NCBI GenBank assembly: GCA_014384285.1
Contig: JACNGE010000011.1
Span: 20,617 to 84,616, forward strand
Length of the DNA stretch: 64,000 nt
Reading direction: 5' to 3'
DNA from: Actinomycetota bacterium
Lineage (GTDB): Bacteria; Actinomycetota; Acidimicrobiia; Actinomarinales; Actinomarinaceae
The notes under the pieces were generated by a model. That model did no database searches, was not told the DNA's origin, and saw only the letters and a list, made by a program, of their open reading frames with translations. Numbering within the stretch: position 1 is the stretch's first letter; the number at the start of each line of letters is the position of its first letter. The translations under genes were made by a program, and so were the position numbers. This document shows, piece after piece, positions 58,928 to 64,000 of the stretch.

Positions 58928-59623
58928 ATGGAAATTGTACTTATTAGACATGCACAACCTCAATGGTTAGAAAATGATAAATATGTTCTCAATCCGGGCC
59001 TTACCCCAAAAGGAATTGAGCAAGCTCTGCTTTCATCAACTGTGTTTCAAAAAGAGAGTATGGATGAAATTTGGGTATCTCCTTTGAATAGAACTCAACA
59101 AACTTTAGAACCCTTTAAAGAAAGGGGTGTATCGTCAAACATACATACTTATGACTGGCTTCAGGAAATGATGGATGATGAAGAGAAAGATTTGATGAGT
59201 AAATCAGATAGCGATATTCAAGAATTTTTCTTAAAGAGGAATACAAAATCATTTGAAGAGTGGTTGGAAAGTTATCACGGAGAGTACATGAAAGCCTTTA
59301 GTGATAATATTTTTTCCAATCTTGATGAAAATTTAAAGCAGCGTGGAATTGTCAGTATTGATGAAAAATATGATCGTCTTTTCGACTTAGAAAAAAACAC
59401 ATCTGAAAAATTGATGATTATCTCCCATGCTGGGACTATGTCTGTACTAATGTCTTATTTTCTAAATATGCCTTTGTATCCCTGGACGTGGAGAAAATTT
59501 CTTCCAAGACACGCTGGACATACCATTTTAAAATCTACTCAGATTTCATCAGGTCATTTTTTCCGATTAAAAGAATTTAACAATGTTTCGTTCATGGATA
59601 GTGACGAACTTAAAACGTATTAA
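58928..59623 (+). CDS. Histidine phosphatase family protein
   Basis: LIRHA, SPL.R..QT, L.E, SHAG. Confidence 0.88.
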   Translation: MEIVLIRHAQPQWLENDKYVLNPGLTPKGIEQALLSSTVFQKESMDEIWVSPLNRTQQTLEPFKERGVSSNIHTYDWLQEMMDDEEKDLMSKSDSDIQEFFLKRNTKSFEEWLESYHGEYMKAFSDNIFSNLDENLKQRGIVSIDEKYDRLFDLEKNTSEKLMIISHAGTMSVLMSYFLNMPLYPWTWRKFLPRHAGHTILKSTQISSGHFFRLKEFNNVSFMDSDELKTY

Positions 59624-59624
59624 T

Positions 59625-60608
59625 TTAGTTATTAATAATTTCCCTGGTAACAGGGCTTACTCCTAATCCACCAATCATATACCCAAAAAGCAACGGTATG
59701 GTTACCAGTCCACCAAGACCATAAAACCTCCAAACCATTTCTTGTTCAAAGTAAAAGCTGGCTGTGAACAAATAGAAAACAAAGAGTAGACCATATGAGC
59801 CTGCTATCAGAGATGTACCAATCTGCATTTTCTGTTTACTTTCTGTGATGTAGTACCAGTTGGTTATTTGCGATGCTAAATAACCAAAAACAATCCCCCA
59901 CAAAATTTTTGCTGCCATGAGTTTTAGGTCTCCAAGAACAGAGTGGAAAGAGAGATACACAAAAGATATGGTGTACATGATAAATATTTGATTTTTTGTT
60001 GGTTGAAATCTTATGATGAAAACAAAAAATATACCAGCTAACAGGGCCTGAAAAAATAATGAGCCTGCTGCAAGTTCCTCTATGCCGTACCAGAAGAATT
60101 CTCCGACATTCAAATAAGGATGTAAAAACTGTGTAATAAATGTAATTAAACTTAATGAAGCCCCAACAGTTATTACTGCAGGAGTATCTAAACTTTCTAT
60201 CTTTGGTCGTGAAGCAAATACATAGGCCAACATTAGAAATGCACCAAGAAATAACATTAAGTGTGAAGGAGACACAAGTGGCTCAACTCCCTGTTCTATA
60301 CCTAAAAAAGTATGCCAAAGTACATCTAATCCCCCACCAATTCCAAAAATAACTGCACCTAAGATTCCTACATCCACTCGGTAATCTTTTATGGAATTTT
60401 TAACATACGCTGCGGAGACTACTGAAAACGCATAACCCGAATACAAAACTGCATGCCACGGGGTAAAGAAAGACTCTATCTCTTGACTTAAATAGATGTG
60501 AGCACTGGAATCAATCCATGTACCAATAAGAAACCATGTCATTGAAAAAATTAATAGACTTCTATGGGCGGGGTTGGTTATTGGTACTGGAGCAAATTTA
60601 TCAAACAT
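59625..60608 (-). CDS. Integral membrane protein with two D-x3-H...P-x-H motifs
   Basis: DSSAH...FFTPWH and DVLWH...SPSH in a multi-TM protein. Confidence 0.7.
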   Translation of the reverse strand: MFDKFAPVPITNPAHRSLLIFSMTWFLIGTWIDSSAHIYLSQEIESFFTPWHAVLYSGYAFSVVSAAYVKNSIKDYRVDVGILGAVIFGIGGGLDVLWHTFLGIEQGVEPLVSPSHLMLFLGAFLMLAYVFASRPKIESLDTPAVITVGASLSLITFITQFLHPYLNVGEFFWYGIEELAAGSLFFQALLAGIFFVFIIRFQPTKNQIFIMYTISFVYLSFHSVLGDLKLMAAKILWGIVFGYLASQITNWYYITESKQKMQIGTSLIAGSYGLLFVFYLFTASFYFEQEMVWRFYGLGGLVTIPLLFGYMIGGLGVSPVTREIINN

Positions 60609-60652
60609 ATATTTATTTTCTATATTATTAGATAGTAGTAGGAATACTTAAC

Positions 60653-61822
60653 ATGAAACATTTTAAAAGAACATTAACTTTACAGAACTCAATATTTCTT
60701 GGCCTAAGCTCAATGATTGGAGCAGGTTTATTTGTAAACATTGCCCCAGCAGCTGTAGTTTCCTCTTATTCATTAATATTTGGACTCTTGGTTGCCTCTG
60801 TTTTAGCATTCTCCAATGCAAGTTCATCTGCACAGCTAGCAAGGCTGTACCCTGAAACGGGTGGTACTTATTTATATGCAAGAAAGGTACTCGGAAATAA
60901 GGCCTCATTTTTAGCCGGTGCAGCATTTATCATTGGAAAAATAATAAGCTCAATCGCTATTGCTTTAACTTTTGGAAACTATTTACTTCCCTCATCACCT
61001 AGAGTCGCTGGCATAGTTGTAATTCTGATAGTCGGAATAGTAAGTTATTTTGGTGCTACTAAAACTGCATCTGTTGCAAAATGGTTTGTTTACTCTGTGT
61101 CAGGAATTCTTATATTTTATATCATCTCTCTCATCTCTACAGAAAGTTTTAACTTCACTATCCCAGTCTCAGATGGATTGTCTTTTGAGTCCTTGCTATT
61201 AAGTAGCAGTATTTGGTTTTTTGCTTTTACTGGCTACTCGCGTTTAGCTACATTTGGAGAAGAAGTTAAAAACCCAGAAACTATAATTCCAAAAGCAATT
61301 ATGACAGGTCTTGGAATCACTGTAACGTTATATCTCTTAACTACATATGCGACCTTAGGTATAGTTGATCCGTCAATAATCCAGAACTCTTTAACTCCAC
61401 TCAAGGTTGCATTTGATGTGTCGAGGTTCTCAAGTTTCTCATTCTTGATCTCTATTGCTTCAACTATTGCAACAGCATCTGTACTGCTAGCTCTTATTCC
61501 TGGAATAAGCAGAATCGTTGTTGCTATGTCTAGAGATAACTACCTACCAACCATTCTGGCTAGTATCCACAAGAAATACAATTCGGCCTATTTCGCGGAT
61601 ATATTTATTTCTTCCGTAGTTGTAATTGGCATATTGTTATTTGATGTTGTAGAGGCAATTAAGCTAAGTTCTTTCTTTATTCTCCTGTATTACTCTTTAA
61701 CCAACTATTCAGTTATAAAGCTTGAAAAGTCTAAGAGACTTTATAGTGTTTTGATAGCCTATTTTGGTCTTTTAGGTTGTATTTTGCTAGCTTTGGTGCT
61801 TCTTCTAGATTTCTTAAAATAA
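60653..61822 (+). CDS. APC family amino acid permease
   Basis: SMIGAGLF, P..GG.Y.Y, FFAFTGY...ATFGEEVKNP. Confidence 0.9.
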   Translation: MKHFKRTLTLQNSIFLGLSSMIGAGLFVNIAPAAVVSSYSLIFGLLVASVLAFSNASSSAQLARLYPETGGTYLYARKVLGNKASFLAGAAFIIGKIISSIAIALTFGNYLLPSSPRVAGIVVILIVGIVSYFGATKTASVAKWFVYSVSGILIFYIISLISTESFNFTIPVSDGLSFESLLLSSSIWFFAFTGYSRLATFGEEVKNPETIIPKAIMTGLGITVTLYLLTTYATLGIVDPSIIQNSLTPLKVAFDVSRFSSFSFLISIASTIATASVLLALIPGISRIVVAMSRDNYLPTILASIHKKYNSAYFADIFISSVVVIGILLFDVVEAIKLSSFFILLYYSLTNYSVIKLEKSKRLYSVLIAYFGLLGCILLALVLLLDFLK

Positions 61823-61889
61823 GTTCACAATAAATAACGTTTGTGATTTAATTTTCACATAAAAACAACTCTTGTGAAAAGTTAATGTG

Positions 61890-62252
61890 TTATGCAATCA
61901 ACTTTATTATGGCTCTATTTTCGTCTGGCCCCCTCATCATCATTTTTGCCATTAATCCATATTTTTTCTTAATCGCTTCGATGCCATCCTGCTTTTCTAC
62001 TGGATCTTCAATAATTGATGCCTGTAGGTTTAAGTCCTCCGAAAGTTTTTCAGATCCAGACTGGTTTGTTTCATGAATCGTTACGTTTCCATTATTTCTT
62101 ATTCTTTTAACTTTTCCAGAAACCTTACCTGTTGTTACATACAACGCATTCCCTATCCCAACGACCCAGACAGCAGTTGATACTGGGGTGTTATCACGCC
62201 TATAGGTAATTAAGTTAATGTATTGTACGGATGAAAAATCATTTAAGGTCAT
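61890..62252 (-). CDS. PPOX-class F420-dependent oxidoreductase
   Basis: Y..L.TYRRD.TPV.T.VW, SGKVKRIRNN, KKYG. Confidence 0.85.
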   Translation of the reverse strand: MTLNDFSSVQYINLITYRRDNTPVSTAVWVVGIGNALYVTTGKVSGKVKRIRNNGNVTIHETNQSGSEKLSEDLNLQASIIEDPVEKQDGIEAIKKKYGLMAKMMMRGPDENRAIIKLIA

Positions 62253-62266
62253 AAAACAACCTTAGG

Positions 62267-62392
62267 TTAAAAATTATTTAATAGAAGCTCTGGGAGCTGA
62301 ACCAGTCTTCTTGCCAGATAACTATCTGATAAAAGTAGGTAAAAGAGAAGGGCTCCGATAATGACTACTCTTATTAATATTCTGCTGTTCAT
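62267..62392 (-). CDS. Possible 41-aa single-TM protein (not in ORF track)
   Basis: MNSRILIRVVIIGALLFYLLLSDSYLARRLVQLPELLLNNF fills the gap on the same strand as its neighbours. Confidence 0.45.
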   Translation of the reverse strand: MNSRILIRVVIIGALLFYLLLSDSYLARRLVQLPELLLNNF

Positions 62393-62402
62393 TAATAGCT
62401 CT

Positions 62403-63476
62403 CTATTTATTTCTAAGTCCAAAAAGAGGTCTTAAAAATTTTATATTTTTTACTGCATGATAAATTGTCAGGCTTACAAAAACTATCAAGAATAAAATGA
62501 GTGGAAACTTGATAACTGGATGCAAATTCACATCAGCAAAATAGCTCATTAGTGCCATCTGAACTGGTAGGTGAACTATATAAACTGGATAAACGGTTGT
62601 TTTATAATAAGTTAATTGGGGTGAGTCTTTATTTAGATAAGTTGCTCCTAATCCAAGCATTAAAAATATAAAATTAAATGACTCAAATGCAATCAGTCGA
62701 TTATCAAGCGCACTTCCTCCTTCGAATTCATTTATAAATCTGTAAAAATAAAGGCTAAGCCCTAAAAGTAAATGCACTTTCCAATTCCTCTTGTTAGAGT
62801 CCCAGAAGGTATCTCCCTGTGAAACAAGGATGATCCCTAGAAAAAACCATATGAATCCTAAATAGAATCCGTGAGTAGTGTTGGCGTAGGATGCATAATC
62901 TGTGTTATTGAAGATATATCCTTCTAAAATTACGGGAATAGAAAAAACAAAAATACCGCCCGGTTTATTCAAGAGTTTTGAAATTATATTTTGTTTTGAA
63001 TCGTTATAAGAAATAAGATTTAATAATGGAACTAATATTAAACAGTACATCAAGATATTTTTTAGAAACCATAAGTGCGCACCATCAAAAAAGGTAATAA
63101 AGCCAAACCATAGGTATTCATTCGACCAACCTTCGTAGTAGGTAGCTGTTATTGCGAGGGAAGCTGATCCAAAAGTAAGTGCTCCGAAAACGTAAGGCAG
63201 TCCTAAGATTTTAAATCTTTCCTTCAAAATTTGAGATCTAGTTCTTTTTTGGAAAGAAAGTCTTAGTGCAATTCCAGCTATCAGGAAAACAAGGGGGATT
63301 CTCCAAGTGTTCAGTAAGCTGAGGAGAATCCATAAACTATCTGTGACTCGTTTGTTTTGAACAAATGCGATATATGGAGCAATAGAAGTAAAAGAAATTC
63401 CAAGGTGATAAAAAATAAGTAAGAACATTGCAATAGATCTCAATGCATCAATATCATATCTTCTTTGGCTAGGCAT
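62403..63476 (-). CDS. Acyltransferase family 3 (OpgC/MdoC-like)
   Basis: RRYDID.LR, WR.PL.F..AG, ER...L..P, HLWFL, Y..YIVH. Confidence 0.88.
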   Translation of the reverse strand: MPSQRRYDIDALRSIAMFLLIFYHLGISFTSIAPYIAFVQNKRVTDSLWILLSLLNTWRIPLVFLIAGIALRLSFQKRTRSQILKERFKILGLPYVFGALTFGSASLAITATYYEGWSNEYLWFGFITFFDGAHLWFLKNILMYCLILVPLLNLISYNDSKQNIISKLLNKPGGIFVFSIPVILEGYIFNNTDYASYANTTHGFYLGFIWFFLGIILVSQGDTFWDSNKRNWKVHLLLGLSLYFYRFINEFEGGSALDNRLIAFESFNFIFLMLGLGATYLNKDSPQLTYYKTTVYPVYIVHLPVQMALMSYFADVNLHPVIKFPLILFLIVFVSLTIYHAVKNIKFLRPLFGLRNK

Positions 63477-63507
63477 ATAAGCGTATTCTATTGAGTTTTA
63501 TATTTTA

Positions 63508-63864
63508 CTAATCGGCATACTTTTCGGCACCGGCAAAATGGATTGATACATAATCTTCATCTCCAACAACCCAACTATCATGTGGTTTTTGTGAAACATA
63601 AAAAAGATCTCCTGCTGTAATTTCCCTCACGGGTTCACCTTCAATTGCAACTGTTGCAGTGCCTGAAATAACCATTCCTAAATGTTCCGTCTCACAAAAT
63701 TCTGTGCCTGAGAGTGGAGAGACGTCCACAGACCATTTCCACCCTTTGTAATAAGTAGCTTTACCTATCGTCATGCCGGGTAAGTTAATGACTTCGTATT
63801 TTCCTTTATCGAATTCTCTGACTTCATCAGGGTTGTCAAACCTTTTTATTATGTAATCATCCAT
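63508..63864 (-). CDS. Cupin domain protein
   Basis: GW.WS..V.P..GT..C...H.G.V.SG, PHDSWVVGDE. Confidence 0.85.
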   Translation of the reverse strand: MDDYIIKRFDNPDEVREFDKGKYEVINLPGMTIGKATYYKGWKWSVDVSPLSGTEFCETEHLGMVISGTATVAIEGEPVREITAGDLFYVSQKPHDSWVVGDEDYVSIHFAGAEKYAD

Positions 63865-63866
63865 TT

Positions 63867-64000
63867 CTATAGTGGGGAGTCTCCTTCGTTAAAATCTCTA
63901 AATAGACTAGCTGCAAACACGGGTCCCATATATGCTAACGTCTCACCATCAAATAAATCAGATTCTGCTTCACTATCTAGTGCTGCTTGTAGTTTCTCTA
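63867..64000 (-). CDS. 3' end of a gene starting beyond the window
   Basis: Open frame ...EKLQAALDSEAESDLFDGETLAYMGPVFAASLFRDFNEGDSPL* ending just before the cupin start. Confidence 0.5.
   Translation of the reverse strand, partial: EKLQAALDSEAESDLFDGETLAYMGPVFAASLFRDFNEGDSPL

Noticed and set aside
1190..62076. Many 60-120 aa antisense or overlapping ORFs in the supplied track (e.g. 1190-1528, 3911-4261, 56743-57102)
   Set aside because: They lie inside well-supported genes and have shadow-ORF composition.

Overview
Gene-dense, AT-rich bacterial chromosome segment with very short intergenic gaps and many apparently leaderless genes. The protein families (PPOX F420-type enzyme, P450s, actinobacterial-style rpsF-ssb-rpsR-rplI-dnaB) suggest a streamlined low-GC actinobacterium such as the marine 'Ca. 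Actinomarina' group; this is inference, not a database result. Contents: a mannitol PTS operon (1.2-4.5 kb); a glucitol-family PTS operon linked to ptsI, an IspD-like enzyme, a SAF-domain oxidoreductase, a TPP-dependent E1 alpha/beta pair and a stand-alone lipoyl domain (5-13 kb); core genes (14.6-19 kb); a large nucleoside/queuosine salvage cluster with an ECF transporter (19-35 kb); then accessory enzymes, transporters and lipoproteins. Two non-coding signals stand out. (1) Four tandem preQ1-I-riboswitch-like aptamers sit upstream of the QrtT-like ECF S component, with a fifth upstream of the ECF ATPases. (2) Two 88-nt near-identical elements at 57.5 and 58.2 kb each have their own sigma70-type promoter, an identically spaced TTCGCGAA palindrome, two GUCGCAAGA hairpins and a terminator, and look like a duplicated sRNA gene that I do not recognise. 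No rRNA, complete tRNA, CRISPR array or intact mobile element was seen.
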